Assembly: GCF_003018235.1 (NCBI RefSeq)
Contig: NZ_CP027437.1
From: Escherichia coli
GTDB lineage: Bacteria > Pseudomonadota > Gammaproteobacteria > Enterobacterales > Enterobacteriaceae
DNA length: 64,000 bases
Direction: 5' to 3' (one strand)
The notes beneath the pieces were generated by a model that saw nothing but the letters and a program-made list of their open reading frames with translations, had not been told where the DNA came from and made no database searches. Positions 1 to 11,831 of this stretch are shown in pieces; the stretch's first letter is position 1; each line of letters begins with the position of its first letter. The position numbers and the translations under genes were made by a program.

Positions 1-1
1 T

Positions 2-940
2 ACTGCACGCAAAAATCCAAAGTACCGCGATGCGCAACATACAGTATTGCAACAGGTTGAGTATCTGGCGCTGGATAATTCGGTCACCGGCTATAACCGC
101 TATCGCGCGGGAGAGGTCGATCTCACCTGGGTTCCGGCGCAGCAAATTCCCACCATTGAAAAATCACTGCCTGGCGAGCTACGAATTATCCCGCGTCTGA
201 ACAGCGAATATTACAACTTTAACCTTGAGAAACCGCCATTTAACGATGTGCGGGTGCGTCGGGCGCTATATCTTACGGTTGATCGACAGCTTATTGCGCA
301 AAAGGTACTGGGGTTGAGAACGCCCGCAACCACGCTGACGCCGCCAGAGGTAAAAGGCTTTAGCGCGACGACGTTCGATGAACTGCAAAAGCCAATGAGT
401 GAGCGTGTCGCGATGGCAAAAGCCTTGCTGAAACAGGCGGGATACGACGCCTCTCATCCGCTACGCTTTGAGCTGTTCTACAACAAGTACGATCTGCATG
501 AAAAAACCGCGATAGCGTTGTCTTCCGAATGGAAAAAATGGCTGGGTGCACAGGTGACGCTGCGCACAATGGAGTGGAAAACTTATCTTGATGCCCGACG
601 AGCCGGTGATTTCATGCTGTCGCGGCAGTCGTGGGATGCGACGTATAATGATGCTTCCAGCTTCCTGAACACGCTCAAAAGCGATAGTGAAGAAAACGTC
701 GGTCACTGGAAAAATGCGCAGTATGACGCCTTACTAAACCAGGCCACGCAGATCACTGATGCGACAAAGCGTAATGCGTTGTATCAGCAGGCAGAAGTGA
801 TCATCAACCAACAGGCACCGCTGATTCCTATCTACTATCAGCCGTTAATCAAACTGCTTAAACCCTACGTTGGCGGTTTTCCGCTGCATAATCCCCAGGA
901 TTATGTCTACAGCAAAGAGTTGTATATCAAGGCACATTGA
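2..940 (+). CDS. ygiS: Periplasmic solute-binding protein of an ABC transporter (oligopeptide-type), C-terminal part; 5' end lies upstream of the window
   Basis: Frame is open from base 2 with no start; translation resembles family-5 SBPs; position upstream of parC matches E. coli synteny. Confidence 0.7.
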   Translation, partial: TARKNPKYRDAQHTVLQQVEYLALDNSVTGYNRYRAGEVDLTWVPAQQIPTIEKSLPGELRIIPRLNSEYYNFNLEKPPFNDVRVRRALYLTVDRQLIAQKVLGLRTPATTLTPPEVKGFSATTFDELQKPMSERVAMAKALLKQAGYDASHPLRFELFYNKYDLHEKTAIALSSEWKKWLGAQVTLRTMEWKTYLDARRAGDFMLSRQSWDATYNDASSFLNTLKSDSEENVGHWKNAQYDALLNQATQITDATKRNALYQQAEVIINQQAPLIPIYYQPLIKLLKPYVGGFPLHNPQDYVYSKELYIKAH

Positions 941-1077
941 TGCCTTTATCGCCGTCGGAGCACGTCCGGCGGCGCTATTCACGCTGATCTCCTGTGACTC
1001 GACGCGGCAGATAATGTAGTATCTCCGGCAATATTGCCCCTTTGAAGGCTGGCGAATAAGTTGAGGAATCAGAATTA

Positions 1078-3336
1078 ATGAGCGATATGGCAGAGCGCCT
1101 TGCGCTACATGAATTTACGGAAAACGCCTATTTAAACTACTCCATGTACGTGATCATGGACCGCGCGTTGCCGTTTATTGGTGATGGTCTGAAACCTGTT
1201 CAGCGCCGCATTGTGTATGCGATGTCTGAGCTGGGCCTGAATGCCAGCGCCAAATTTAAAAAATCGGCCCGTACCGTCGGTGACGTACTGGGTAAATACC
1301 ATCCGCACGGCGATAGCGCCTGTTATGAAGCGATGGTCCTGATGGCGCAGCCGTTCTCTTACCGTTATCCGCTGGTTGATGGTCAGGGGAACTGGGGCGC
1401 GCCGGACGATCCGAAATCGTTCGCGGCAATGCGTTACACCGAATCCCGGTTGTCGAAATATTCCGAGCTGCTATTGAGCGAGCTGGGGCAGGGGACGGCT
1501 GACTGGGTACCAAACTTCGACGGCACTTTGCAGGAGCCGAAAATGCTACCTGCCCGTCTGCCAAACATTTTGCTTAACGGCACCACCGGTATTGCCGTCG
1601 GCATGGCGACCGATATTCCACCGCATAACCTGCGTGAAGTGGCTCAGGCGGCAATCGCATTAATCGACCAGCCGAAAACCACGCTCGACCAGCTGCTGGA
1701 TATCGTGCAGGGGCCGGATTATCCGACTGAAGCGGAAATTATCACTTCGCGCGCCGAGATCCGTAAAATCTACGAGAACGGACGTGGTTCAGTGCGTATG
1801 CGCGCGGTGTGGAAGAAAGAAGATGGCGCGGTGGTTATCAGCGCATTGCCGCATCAGGTTTCAGGTGCGCGCGTACTGGAGCAAATTGCTGCGCAAATGC
1901 GCAACAAAAAGCTGCCGATGGTTGACGATCTGCGCGATGAATCTGACCACGAGAACCCGACTCGTCTGGTGATTGTGCCGCGTTCCAACCGCGTGGATAT
2001 GGATCAGGTGATGAACCACCTCTTCGCAACCACCGATCTGGAAAAGAGCTATCGTATTAACCTCAATATGATCGGTCTGGATGGTCGTCCGGCGGTGAAA
2101 AACCTGCTGGAAATTCTCTCCGAATGGCTGGTGTTCCGCCGCGATACCGTGCGCCGCCGACTGAACTATCGTCTGGAGAAAGTCCTCAAGCGCCTGCATA
2201 TCCTCGAAGGTTTGCTGGTGGCGTTTCTCAATATCGACGAAGTGATTGAGATCATTCGTAATGAAGATGAACCGAAACCGGCGCTGATGTCGCGGTTTGG
2301 CCTTACGGAAACCCAGGCGGAAGCGATCCTCGAACTGAAACTGCGTCATCTTGCCAAACTGGAAGAGATGAAGATTCGCGGTGAGCAGAGTGAGCTGGAA
2401 AAAGAGCGCGACCAGTTGCAGGGCATTTTGGCTTCCGAGCGTAAAATGAATAACCTGCTGAAGAAAGAACTGCAGGCAGACGCGCAAGCCTACGGTGACG
2501 AACGTCGTTCGCCGTTGCAGGAACGCGAAGAAGCGAAAGCGATGAGCGAGCACGACATGCTGCCGTCTGAACCTGTCACCATTGTGCTGTCGCAGATGGG
2601 CTGGGTACGCAGCGCTAAAGGCCATGATATCGACGCGCCGGGCCTGAATTATAAAGCGGGCGATAGCTTCAAAGCGGCGGTGAAAGGTAAGAGCAACCAA
2701 CCGGTAGTGTTTGTTGATTCCACCGGTCGTAGCTATGCCATCGACCCGATTACGCTGCCGTCGGCGCGTGGTCAGGGCGAGCCGCTCACCGGCAAATTAA
2801 CGTTGCCGCCTGGAGCGACCGTTGACCATATGCTGATGGAAAGCGACGATCAGAAACTGCTGATGGCTTCCGATGCGGGTTACGGTTTCGTCTGCACTTT
2901 TAACGATCTGGTGGCGCGTAACCGTGCAGGTAAGGCTTTGATCACCTTACCGGAAAATGCCCATGTTATGCCGCCGGTGGTGATTGAAGATGCTTCTGAT
3001 ATGCTGCTGGCAATCACTCAGGCAGGCCGTATGTTGATGTTCCCGGTAAGCGATCTGCCGCAGCTGTCGAAGGGCAAAGGCAACAAGATTATCAACATTC
3101 CATCGGCAGAAGCCGCGCGTGGAGAAGATGGTCTGGCGCAACTGTACGTTCTGCCGCCGCAAAGCACGCTGACCATTCATGTTGGGAAACGCAAAATTAA
3201 ACTGCGTCCGGAAGAGCTACAGAAAGTCACTGGCGAACGTGGACGCCGCGGTACGTTGATGCGCGGTTTGCAGCGTATCGATCGTGTTGAGATCGACTCT
3301 CCTCGCCGTGCCAGCAGCGGTGATAGCGAAGAGTAA
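1078..3336 (+). CDS. parC: DNA topoisomerase IV subunit A
   Basis: 752-aa ORF; GyrA/ParC N-terminal motifs (AMSELGL, YHPHGD); length matches E. coli ParC. Confidence 0.95.
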
Positions 3337-3377
3337 TATGCCGGGGAGGGCGCTGTTTCCTCCCGCTTGCAAGGAAC

Positions 3378-3407
3378 GCCGGATGAAACGTTAAGTCGTC
3401 ATCCGGC
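3378..3407. repeat. REP-like palindromic hairpin (gccggatga...tcatccggc) downstream of parC; likely terminator/REP
   Basis: Inverted repeat with 9-bp arms read directly from sequence. Confidence 0.5.
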
Positions 3408-3569
3408 AGCGTATTCAACCCCCGGAAACGATAAAAATTCCCTTGAAACCGTTGTTTATTCATGCGTTGCGATTAACAATACGCTTTTCCAGAGAGCGGC
3501 TTTTAACAATGCCCTAACCTGATTTCAGGTGACGTACAATGCCAGTCTCTCAGACCTTCAGAGGGTGTT

Positions 3570-4307
3570 ATGCTATATATCTTTCGTCTTATTATTACCG
3601 TGATTTACAGCATCTTAGTCTGTGTATTCGGCTCCATTTACTGCCTTTTCAGCCCGCGTAACCCGAAACATGTGGCCACCTTTGGGCATATGTTTGGTCG
3701 TCTTGCACCGCTGTTCGGCCTGAAAGTTGAGTGCCGCAAACCTGCGGATGCTGAAAGCTACGGCAATGCTATTTATATCGCTAACCACCAGAACAACTAT
3801 GACATGGTGACAGCATCGAACATTGTGCAACCGCCGACGGTGACGGTAGGTAAAAAGAGCTTGCTGTGGATCCCCTTCTTCGGGCAGTTGTACTGGTTAA
3901 CCGGCAACTTATTGATCGACAGAAACAATCGCACTAAAGCTCACGGCACTATTGCGGAAGTCGTGAATCACTTCAAAAAACGCCGCATTTCCATCTGGAT
4001 GTTCCCGGAAGGAACTCGCAGCCGTGGTCGCGGCCTGCTACCGTTCAAGACCGGGGCATTTCACGCGGCAATTGCGGCGGGCGTCCCGATTATTCCCGTG
4101 TGCGTCTCTACAACTTCGAATAAGATTAATCTTAATCGTCTACACAACGGTCTGGTGATTGTCGAAATGCTGCCACCAATTGACGTCAGTCAGTATGGCA
4201 AAGATCAGGTTCGCGAGTTGGCTGCCCATTGTCGTTCGATAATGGAACAAAAAATCGCTGAGCTCGATAAAGAAGTCGCAGAGCGCGAAGCCGCCGGAAA
4301 AGTTTAA
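3570..4307 (+). CDS. plsC: 1-acyl-sn-glycerol-3-phosphate acyltransferase
   Basis: 245-aa ORF with acyltransferase HxxxxD motif (NHQNNYD) and FPEGTR motif. Confidence 0.9.
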   Translation: MLYIFRLIITVIYSILVCVFGSIYCLFSPRNPKHVATFGHMFGRLAPLFGLKVECRKPADAESYGNAIYIANHQNNYDMVTASNIVQPPTVTVGKKSLLWIPFFGQLYWLTGNLLIDRNNRTKAHGTIAEVVNHFKKRRISIWMFPEGTRSRGRGLLPFKTGAFHAAIAAGVPIIPVCVSTTSNKINLNRLHNGLVIVEMLPPIDVSQYGKDQVRELAAHCRSIMEQKIAELDKEVAEREAAGKV

Positions 4308-4381
4308 GTCGGCAATCTGTATTTTTGCGGGGAACACTTTCCTGCACGGTATTACTTTAGCCAGTTTTACATGGAGCAAAT

Positions 4382-5794
4382 ATGTCACTCAGTCGGCGTC
4401 AGTTCATTCAGGCATCGGGGATTGCACTTTGTGCAGGCGCTGTTCCCCTGAAGGCCAGCGGAGCCGGGCAACAGCAACCGCTACCCGTTCCGCCGCTGCT
4501 TGAATCTCGCCGTGGGCAACCGCTGTTTATGACTGTACAACGTGCGCACTGGTCATTTACGCCAGGGACACGCGCGTCGGTTTGGGGAATCAATGGTCGT
4601 TACCTGGGGCCGACTATCCGCGTCTGGAAGGGCGACGATGTTAAGCTTATTTACAGCAACCGCCTGACAGAAAATGTCTCAATGACGGTGGCCGGGCTAC
4701 AGGTACCTGGCCCGCTGATGGGCGGTCCGGCACGCATGATGTCGCCAAACGCTGACTGGGCACCCGTACTGCCTATTCGCCAGAACGCAGCTACTCTGTG
4801 GTATCACGCCAATACTCCCAACCGCACGGCTCAGCAGGTCTATAACGGCCTTGCCGGAATGTGGCTGGTGGAAGATGAAGTCAGCAAGTCGCTGCCTATC
4901 CCCAACCATTATGGTGTGGATGATTTTCCGGTCATTATCCAGGATAAACGGCTGGACAACTTTGGTACGCCAGAATACAACGAACCGGGAAGCGGCGGCT
5001 TTGTTGGTGACACACTGCTGGTTAACGGTGTACAAAGCCCGTACGTTGAAGTCTCGCGTGGCTGGGTGCGCTTGCGTCTGTTGAACGCGTCGAACTCTCG
5101 ACGCTATCAACTACAGATGAGCGATGGTCGCCCGTTACATGTGATTTCTGGCGATCAGGGATTCCTGCCCGCTCCTGTATCGGTGAAGCAACTTTCGCTA
5201 GCACCGGGCGAGCGTCGTGAGATTCTGGTGGATATGAGCAACGGTGATGAAGTGTCGATCACCTGTGGCGAAGCGGCGAGCATTGTTGATCGTATTCGTG
5301 GCTTCTTTGAGCCATCCAGCATTCTGGTTTCTACGCTGGTGCTAACGCTGCGCCCAACCGGCCTTCTGCCGCTGGTCACAGACAGTCTTCCGATGCGCTT
5401 GCTGCCAACTGAAATCATGGCTGGTTCGCCGATTCGCAGTCGTGATATCAGTCTGGGTGATGACCCGGGTATTAATGGACAACTGTGGGACGTTAACCGT
5501 ATTGATGTCACCGCGCAGCAAGGAACGTGGGAACGCTGGACGGTACGCGCGGACGAGCCGCAAGCGTTCCATATTGAAGGCGTGATGTTCCAGATCCGTA
5601 ACGTGAATGGCGCGATGCCGTTCCCGGAGGACAGAGGCTGGAAAGATACCGTTTGGGTTGACGGACAAGTGGAGCTGCTGGTTTATTTCGGTCAGCCTTC
5701 CTGGGCGCACTTCCCGTTCTACTTCAACAGTCAGACGCTGGAAATGGCGGACCGTGGCTCGATAGGGCAACTGTTGGTCAATCCGGTACCGTAA
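4382..5794 (+). CDS. ftsP: Cell division protein FtsP (SufI), multicopper-oxidase fold, Tat-exported
   Basis: 470-aa ORF; twin-arginine signal MSLSRRQFIQASG; synteny after plsC. Confidence 0.9.
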   Translation: MSLSRRQFIQASGIALCAGAVPLKASGAGQQQPLPVPPLLESRRGQPLFMTVQRAHWSFTPGTRASVWGINGRYLGPTIRVWKGDDVKLIYSNRLTENVSMTVAGLQVPGPLMGGPARMMSPNADWAPVLPIRQNAATLWYHANTPNRTAQQVYNGLAGMWLVEDEVSKSLPIPNHYGVDDFPVIIQDKRLDNFGTPEYNEPGSGGFVGDTLLVNGVQSPYVEVSRGWVRLRLLNASNSRRYQLQMSDGRPLHVISGDQGFLPAPVSVKQLSLAPGERREILVDMSNGDEVSITCGEAASIVDRIRGFFEPSSILVSTLVLTLRPTGLLPLVTDSLPMRLLPTEIMAGSPIRSRDISLGDDPGINGQLWDVNRIDVTAQQGTWERWTVRADEPQAFHIEGVMFQIRNVNGAMPFPEDRGWKDTVWVDGQVELLVYFGQPSWAHFPFYFNSQTLEMADRGSIGQLLVNPVP

Positions 5795-5799
5795 TCTTC

Positions 5800-5824
5800 A
5801 TACTCGCCCGAGGAGGGCGAGTAT
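5800..5824 (+). terminator. Stem-loop after ftsP (tactcgccc-gagga-gggcgagta)
   Basis: 9-bp perfect stem immediately 3' of the ftsP stop; T-rich tail is weak. Confidence 0.45.
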
Positions 5825-5904
5825 GGAATACCTTTCGATTTCTCTTTCGTTCCGGCTTATAATCCCCGGCCTTTGATTATTTTTTTATCATTTCTGGAAG
5901 CAAA

Positions 5905-8124
5905 ATGAGCTCTATCTCCCTGATCCAACCGGATCGCGACCTGTTCTCCTGGCCGCAGTACTGGGCCGCCTGTTTTGGACCGGCACCGTTTTTGCCGATG
6001 TCTCGTGAAGAGATGGATCAACTTGGCTGGGATAGCTGCGACATCATTTTGGTTACTGGCGACGCGTATGTCGATCACCCAAGCTTCGGGATGGCGATTT
6101 GCGGTCGTATGCTGGAAGCGCAGGGCTTTCGCGTCGGGATCATCGCCCAGCCGGACTGGAGCAGCAAAGACGACTTTATGCGTCTGGGTAAACCGAATCT
6201 GTTTTTTGGTGTTACTGCTGGCAACATGGATTCGATGATCAACCGCTATACCGCCGATCGCCGTTTACGTCATGACGATGCCTACACGCCGGATAACGTC
6301 GCGGGTAAGCGACCGGATCGCGCCACACTGGTTTATACCCAGCGTTGTAAAGAGGCGTGGAAAGATGTGCCGGTGATCCTCGGCGGTATTGAGGCTAGTC
6401 TGCGCCGTACCGCGCATTATGATTACTGGTCCGATACCGTGCGCCGTTCCGTGCTGGTGGATTCCAAAGCCGACATGCTGATGTTCGGTAACGGTGAGCG
6501 TCCGTTGGTGGAGGTGGCGCACCGTCTGGCGATGGGCGAGCCGATTAGTGAAATCCGCGATGTGCGTAATACTGCGATTATCGTAAAAGAGGCGTTGCCA
6601 GGCTGGAGCGGCGTGGATTCCACCCGTCTCGATACCCCAGGGAAAATCGACCCGATCCCGCATCCGTATGGCGAAGATCTGCCGTGCGCGGATAACAAAC
6701 CTGTTGCGCCGAAAAAGCAGGAAGCGAAAGCCGTAACCGTGCAGCCGCCGCGCCCGAAACCGTGGGAAAAAACCTACGTATTGCTGCCTTCTTTCGAGAA
6801 AGTGAAGGGCGATAAAGTGCTGTACGCCCATGCTTCGCGTATTCTGCACCACGAAACTAACCCAGGCTGCGCCCGCGCATTGATGCAAAAACATGGCGAC
6901 CGCTATGTGTGGATCAACCCGCCTGCTATTCCGCTCTCTACCGAAGAGATGGACAGCGTTTTTGCGCTGCCGTACAAGCGCGTGCCGCATCCGGCCTATG
7001 GCAATGCTCGTATTCCGGCTTACGAAATGATCCGTTTCTCGGTCAACATTATGCGTGGCTGCTTTGGCGGCTGCTCTTTCTGTTCTATCACCGAGCACGA
7101 AGGGCGCATTATTCAGAGCCGTTCGGAAGATTCGATCATCAATGAGATCGAAGCGATCCGCGACACCGTTCCAGGTTTTACGGGCGTAATTTCCGATCTC
7201 GGTGGGCCAACTGCCAACATGTATATGTTGCGCTGCAAATCGCCACGCGCTGAGCAAACCTGCCGTCGTTTGTCGTGCGTTTATCCGGATATTTGTCCGC
7301 ATATGGACACTAACCACGAACCGACGATCAACCTCTATCGCCGTGCGCGTGATCTGAAAGGCATTAAAAAGATCCTGATCGCTTCCGGCGTACGTTATGA
7401 CATAGCCGTGGAAGATCCGCGCTATATCAAAGAGCTGGCGACCCATCACGTCGGCGGTTATCTGAAGATTGCCCCGGAACATACCGAAGAAGGGCCGTTG
7501 TCGAAGATGATGAAGCCGGGTATGGGCAGCTATGACCGCTTTAAAGAGTTGTTCGATACCTACTCGAAACAGGCAGGTAAAGAGCAGTATTTGATCCCGT
7601 ATTTCATCTCGGCACACCCCGGTACGCGCGATGAAGATATGGTGAATCTGGCGCTGTGGCTGAAAAAGCACCGCTTCCGCCTCGACCAGGTACAGAACTT
7701 CTACCCGTCGCCGCTGGCTAACTCGACCACTATGTATTACACCGGCAAAAACCCGCTGGCGAAGATTGGTTATAAAAGTGAAGACGTCTTTGTACCGAAG
7801 GGCGACAAGCAGCGTCGCCTGCATAAAGCGTTGTTGCGTTACCACGATCCGGCAAACTGGCCGTTAATCCGCCAGGCGCTAGAAGCGATGGGCAAAAAGC
7901 ATCTGATTGGCAGCCGTCGCGATTGCTTAGTGCCTGCGCCAACCATTGAAGAGATGCGTGAGGCTCGTCGCCAGAACCGCAATACCCGTCCGGCGTTGAC
8001 TAAACATACGCCGATGGCGACCCAGCGTCAGACGCCTGCTACGGCAAAAAAAGCGTCGTCTACGCAATCTCGTCCGGTGAATGCTGGTGTGAAGAAACGC
8101 CCTAAAGCGGCGGTTGGACGTTAA
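5905..8124 (+). CDS. ygiQ: UPF0313-family radical SAM protein
   Basis: 739-aa ORF; CxxxCxxC cluster (CFGGCSFCS); length and synteny match E. coli YgiQ. Confidence 0.85.
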   Translation: MSSISLIQPDRDLFSWPQYWAACFGPAPFLPMSREEMDQLGWDSCDIILVTGDAYVDHPSFGMAICGRMLEAQGFRVGIIAQPDWSSKDDFMRLGKPNLFFGVTAGNMDSMINRYTADRRLRHDDAYTPDNVAGKRPDRATLVYTQRCKEAWKDVPVILGGIEASLRRTAHYDYWSDTVRRSVLVDSKADMLMFGNGERPLVEVAHRLAMGEPISEIRDVRNTAIIVKEALPGWSGVDSTRLDTPGKIDPIPHPYGEDLPCADNKPVAPKKQEAKAVTVQPPRPKPWEKTYVLLPSFEKVKGDKVLYAHASRILHHETNPGCARALMQKHGDRYVWINPPAIPLSTEEMDSVFALPYKRVPHPAYGNARIPAYEMIRFSVNIMRGCFGGCSFCSITEHEGRIIQSRSEDSIINEIEAIRDTVPGFTGVISDLGGPTANMYMLRCKSPRAEQTCRRLSCVYPDICPHMDTNHEPTINLYRRARDLKGIKKILIASGVRYDIAVEDPRYIKELATHHVGGYLKIAPEHTEEGPLSKMMKPGMGSYDRFKELFDTYSKQAGKEQYLIPYFISAHPGTRDEDMVNLALWLKKHRFRLDQVQNFYPSPLANSTTMYYTGKNPLAKIGYKSEDVFVPKGDKQRRLHKALLRYHDPANWPLIRQALEAMGKKHLIGSRRDCLVPAPTIEEMREARRQNRNTRPALTKHTPMATQRQTPATAKKASSTQSRPVNAGVKKRPKAAVGR

Positions 8125-8130
8125 AAAATA

Positions 8131-8165
8131 TCCCCGGTAACAGAATGCTACCGGGAATTTTTTTA
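8131..8165. terminator. Bidirectional rho-independent terminator between convergent ygiQ and yqhH
   Basis: Hairpin cccggta-N9-taccggg flanked by an A-run upstream and a T-run (aattttttt) downstream. Confidence 0.7.
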
Positions 8166-8423
8166 TCATTCTGCGTACATACGCAAGCAGCGCAGGCAAT
8201 CAAAATAGTCCTGAGCATCAAGACGCGTATTGGCTCTGTTAGCGTCGGATTTGGCAGCATAGATTTGTGGGCGTAATGCTTTCATATCCTGCTCAAGCCG
8301 GGCGATTTTGGCATTTAATGTTTGCACATTGCTCGCCAGCTGATTGACCTTTTGCTCATTGACGCAGCCACTGAGCAAGCAGGTTGCCAGAACAACAGCT
8401 CCCACGGTGAAAATCGTTTTCAT
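8166..8423 (-). CDS. yqhH: Small lipoprotein, Lpp paralogue
   Basis: 85-aa ORF with lipobox LLSGC and coiled-coil-like repeats resembling Braun lipoprotein. Confidence 0.8.
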   Translation of the reverse strand: MKTIFTVGAVVLATCLLSGCVNEQKVNQLASNVQTLNAKIARLEQDMKALRPQIYAAKSDANRANTRLDAQDYFDCLRCLRMYAE

Positions 8424-8473
8424 ATAGTGTTCCCTTTTATTTATTGTTCCGGCTAATTGTTATTTAACTCAGC

Positions 8474-9400
8474 TCATTGTTTTAATCTGGCGGCGGTTTT
8501 TGCCTCAATCTGCTTAAGTAGGCTGCCGCTGTTCGGGCGGATAAAATCAGCGATTTCCCACTTACCTTCGCGCCGCTGTAAAATCAGTTCTTGCTCTTCG
8601 TTGTTGCCATTGGTCAGCGTAAAACGAACATGAATGCGGGCGGAATCGGTGGTTTTCTCCAGGACTCGAATTTCATCAACGCGGGAAAATAACGACTCTT
8701 CGCCAAAACAGATCGGATTGTCGTAAATAAATTGCCGTTCTATTTGCATATCTTCATCGGGATTGTTGGCAGTCTTGAAGGTGGTTTTATAGAAGGCATT
8801 GACCGCCTGGCGGTAAGAGTCGGAAACCACCCACGTCCACGGCCAGCTATAATCAGCAATATGTTCAAAGAGTTCGGCAACAAAGGCTTCCGGCTGTTCT
8901 TTTTGCAACGAAGCTATAGCGGCCAGCGTTTTTTCATTCTCGCTATTAACTGCTTGTAAGACGCTGCCATGATTGCTGACAATATCGTCAATGACCCAAC
9001 GACCATTTTCCGCCACCATTTTCAGTGTCTGCATGGTCTTTTCTTTGTCGTCTTTAAAGATACGAAAGCGCACAACGGCATCGGCATGATCGGCGTCAGG
9101 TTGTGTTATCGCTACGCTTTCTAACACCAGATCGCCAAAATCCTGACAATCACAAACCGGATCATAATCCAGCCAGCCAATATTGCCCGGTAGTGTAAGA
9201 TTGTCGTTCAGCGTAAGCGCCTGTTGAATACGCGCAGAAGTTATCGCTCGCTCCCCGGTTTCACCAAAATAAGGCGTACTGGCATCTGATTTATAGTTCT
9301 GATAAATCTGCCGGACTGTTTGTTCTACGGTCTGTGAAGGAGGCTGCGCCTGTACGGTAAAACTTGCCAGGGCTGCTAAAAACAGAAGTATTATTTTCAT
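8474..9400 (-). CDS. yqhG: Secreted protein of unknown function (DUF3828-like)
   Basis: 308-aa ORF with N-terminal signal peptide; synteny next to yqhH and dkgA. Confidence 0.75.
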   Translation of the reverse strand: MKIILLFLAALASFTVQAQPPSQTVEQTVRQIYQNYKSDASTPYFGETGERAITSARIQQALTLNDNLTLPGNIGWLDYDPVCDCQDFGDLVLESVAITQPDADHADAVVRFRIFKDDKEKTMQTLKMVAENGRWVIDDIVSNHGSVLQAVNSENEKTLAAIASLQKEQPEAFVAELFEHIADYSWPWTWVVSDSYRQAVNAFYKTTFKTANNPDEDMQIERQFIYDNPICFGEESLFSRVDEIRVLEKTTDSARIHVRFTLTNGNNEEQELILQRREGKWEIADFIRPNSGSLLKQIEAKTAARLKQ

Positions 9401-9599
9401 CTGTTTTTCACCTCTCCGTTGCGTTTATCCCGGGTGTAGATGAATTGTTCCTTTAAGAGCTTCCGGCTCTGCATGATGATATCCTTATATTTGGCATTCC
9501 TGAACAAGGAAGAGTAACAATGGGCAGGACGCGAGGGGAATAAATGATTTCTGAAAAGTCCGGTAGCGGAACATTACCGCCACCGGGAGAATTTGCACG

Positions 9600-10427
9600 T
9601 TAGCCGCCAAACTGGTCAGGATCGGGACCGAGACGCTTGCCCTGATCGAGTTTTGCAATTTCGCCGAGTTCGTCTTTGTCGAGACGGAAATCCCAGACAT
9701 CAAAGTTTTCGGCAATACGTGAAGGTGTGACCGATTTCGGGATCACCACCAGGCCGCTATCCAGATGCCAGCGGATAACAATCTGCGCCGGGGTTTTGCC
9801 GTATTTATCTGCCAGATCGCGAATGACTTTCTGATCGAAAACGCCTTTCCCTCCTTGCGCTAATGGGCTCCAGGATTCGGTCTGGATTTTGTGTGTCGCG
9901 TTCCAGGCATGTAGCTGGCGTTGTTGCATCAGCGGGTGAAGTTCGATCTGGTTTATCACAGGCGTCACGCCAGTTTCATCAATCAGGCGTTGCAAGTGAT
10001 GGATCTGGAAGTTGCACACGCCGATGCTTTTGATTAATCCCTCTTTTTGCAATTCGATCATGCCTTTCCATGCTTCGACATAATGGTCGATAGCGGGAAC
10101 GGGCCAGTGCATTAAGTAGAGGTCGATATAATCAAGCTGGAGTTTTTTCAGGCTGTCGAGCAGGGCTTCGCGGGGGCGCTTGTGGTCGTCGTTCCACAGT
10201 TTAGTGGTGATGAACAGTTCTTCTCTGTTGACTGAGGCATTTTTCAGGGCTTTGCCGACACCTTCTTCGTTCTTATAGGCCGCGGCGGTATCAATCGAGC
10301 GATAACCCACGTCTAACGCTTTTTGAATGGCGGTGATTACTTCCTCATTACTTGCTTGCCAGACGCCCAGTCCCAACTGGGGCATGACATTGCCATCCTG
10401 TAGCTTAATAACGGTTGGATTAGCCAT
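9600..10427 (-). CDS. dkgA: 2,5-diketo-D-gluconate reductase A / methylglyoxal reductase (aldo-keto reductase)
   Basis: 275-aa ORF of the AKR family; synteny with yqhD and yqhC. Confidence 0.9.
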   Translation of the reverse strand: MANPTVIKLQDGNVMPQLGLGVWQASNEEVITAIQKALDVGYRSIDTAAAYKNEEGVGKALKNASVNREELFITTKLWNDDHKRPREALLDSLKKLQLDYIDLYLMHWPVPAIDHYVEAWKGMIELQKEGLIKSIGVCNFQIHHLQRLIDETGVTPVINQIELHPLMQQRQLHAWNATHKIQTESWSPLAQGGKGVFDQKVIRDLADKYGKTPAQIVIRWHLDSGLVVIPKSVTPSRIAENFDVWDFRLDKDELGEIAKLDQGKRLGPDPDQFGG

Positions 10428-10531
10428 ACGTTCCTCCTTTATATGAACTCACCGGAGCAGGCTCCGGTGAGGTGTTGTGAACTTAAGTCTGGACGAAATG
10501 CCCGAAAACGAAAGTTTGAGGCGTAAAAAGC

Positions 10532-11695
10532 TTAGCGGGCGGCTTCGTATATACGGCGGCTGACATCCAGCGTAATGTCATGATTTTCGCCCAGTTGGGT
10601 CATACCGTGCTCTTCCAGTTTTTTCAACAAAGCCGGGATGGAGCTGCCGTCCAGACCGTAGTCGGAGAGGTGGGTCGGCACGCCTAATTGCTCAAAGAAA
10701 TTGCGGGTTGCGGCAATCGCGGCGTCAATACGCTCATCGTCGGAACCTTCTGTGATGTTCCAGACGCGTTCAGCATATTGCAGCAGCTTAGCGCGCTTGG
10801 TATCGCGTTTTTCATTCCACAGTGCAGGCAGGACGATAGCCAGTGTTTGTGCGTGATCCAGACCGTGCATCGCAGTCAGTTCGTGGCCTAGCATATGCGT
10901 TGCCCAGTCCTGCGGTACGCCAGCGCCAATCAAACCGTTCAGCGCCTGAGTCGCCGCCCACATAACGTTGGCGCGCACATCGTAGTTTTCTGGCTCTTTC
11001 AGGGCTTTCGGACCATCTTCGATCAGCGTCAACAAAATGCCTTCTGCGAAACGGTCCTGAATTTTGGCATCAACCGGTTTGGTAACATACTGTTCCACGG
11101 TGTGCACAAAGGCATCCACTACACCGTTAGCCACCTGACGCGGCGGCAGAGTGTAGGTATAAACCGGATCGAGCACGGCAAATACGGGTTGAACATGGGC
11201 AGAATGGAATGCCTGCTTGTCGCCTGTGGTTTTACGGGAGATCACCGCGCCTGCGTTGGATTCTGAACCGGTTGCTGGCAGCGTCAGCACACAGCCCATC
11301 GGGATGGCGCTTTTAATTTCTTTACCGCCCGTTTGTAGAATGTGCCACGGATCGATATTTTCCGGATAATTAGCCGCTGCGGCGATAAATTTGGTGCCGT
11401 CCAGTACAGAACCGCCGCCAACCGCCAGCAGGAAAGTCACTTTTTGTTCGCGAACCAGTTTCACGGCGTTCATCAGCGTTTCATAAGCCGGGTTTGGCTC
11501 AATACCGCCAAATTCCAGCACGTCCATGCCTTTCAGGGCATCCAGAACTTGATCGAGAACGCCGGTTTTTTTCACGCTGCCGCCGCCGTAGGTAATCAAT
11601 ACGCGAGCATCGTGAGGAATTTGTTCGCGTAAACCAGCGATTGCGCCTTTACCAAAAAGAATGCGGGTTGGGGTGTGCAGATTAAAGTTGTTCAT
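10532..11695 (-). CDS. yqhD: NADPH-dependent aldehyde reductase (iron-containing alcohol dehydrogenase family)
   Basis: 387 aa from ATG at 11695 ([17 protein letters not shown]); the longer ORF upstream is an in-frame extension. Confidence 0.9.
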   Translation of the reverse strand: MNNFNLHTPTRILFGKGAIAGLREQIPHDARVLITYGGGSVKKTGVLDQVLDALKGMDVLEFGGIEPNPAYETLMNAVKLVREQKVTFLLAVGGGSVLDGTKFIAAAANYPENIDPWHILQTGGKEIKSAIPMGCVLTLPATGSESNAGAVISRKTTGDKQAFHSAHVQPVFAVLDPVYTYTLPPRQVANGVVDAFVHTVEQYVTKPVDAKIQDRFAEGILLTLIEDGPKALKEPENYDVRANVMWAATQALNGLIGAGVPQDWATHMLGHELTAMHGLDHAQTLAIVLPALWNEKRDTKRAKLLQYAERVWNITEGSDDERIDAAIAATRNFFEQLGVPTHLSDYGLDGSSIPALLKKLEEHGMTQLGENHDITLDVSRRIYEAAR

Positions 11696-11831
11696 TACTT
11701 GCTCCCTTTGCTGGGTCAATATGAGGGCAGAGAACGATCTGCCTGATGTTTTTCATTGTGGTCGCCAGCGCCGTACCTCTCAATGCTCATTTCTGCCAAT
11801 GTCTTGCCTATTTCTCCAGAGTGCTGGAGAA

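Noticed and set aside
1861-2700. 279-aa ORF antisense to parC
   Set aside because: It lies wholly inside the well-supported parC frame on the opposite strand and has no recognisable motifs; long antisense ORFs are common in GC-rich genes.
6265-7845. 526-aa ORF antisense to ygiQ
   Set aside because: Entirely embedded opposite the radical-SAM gene; Arg/His-rich low-complexity translation typical of antisense reading; no start context.
11661-11831. N-terminal extension of yqhC (375-aa maximal ORF)
   Set aside because: The extension crosses the divergent yqhD promoter region and overlaps the yqhD start; the internal ATG at 11832 gives the expected 318-aa AraC-type protein.
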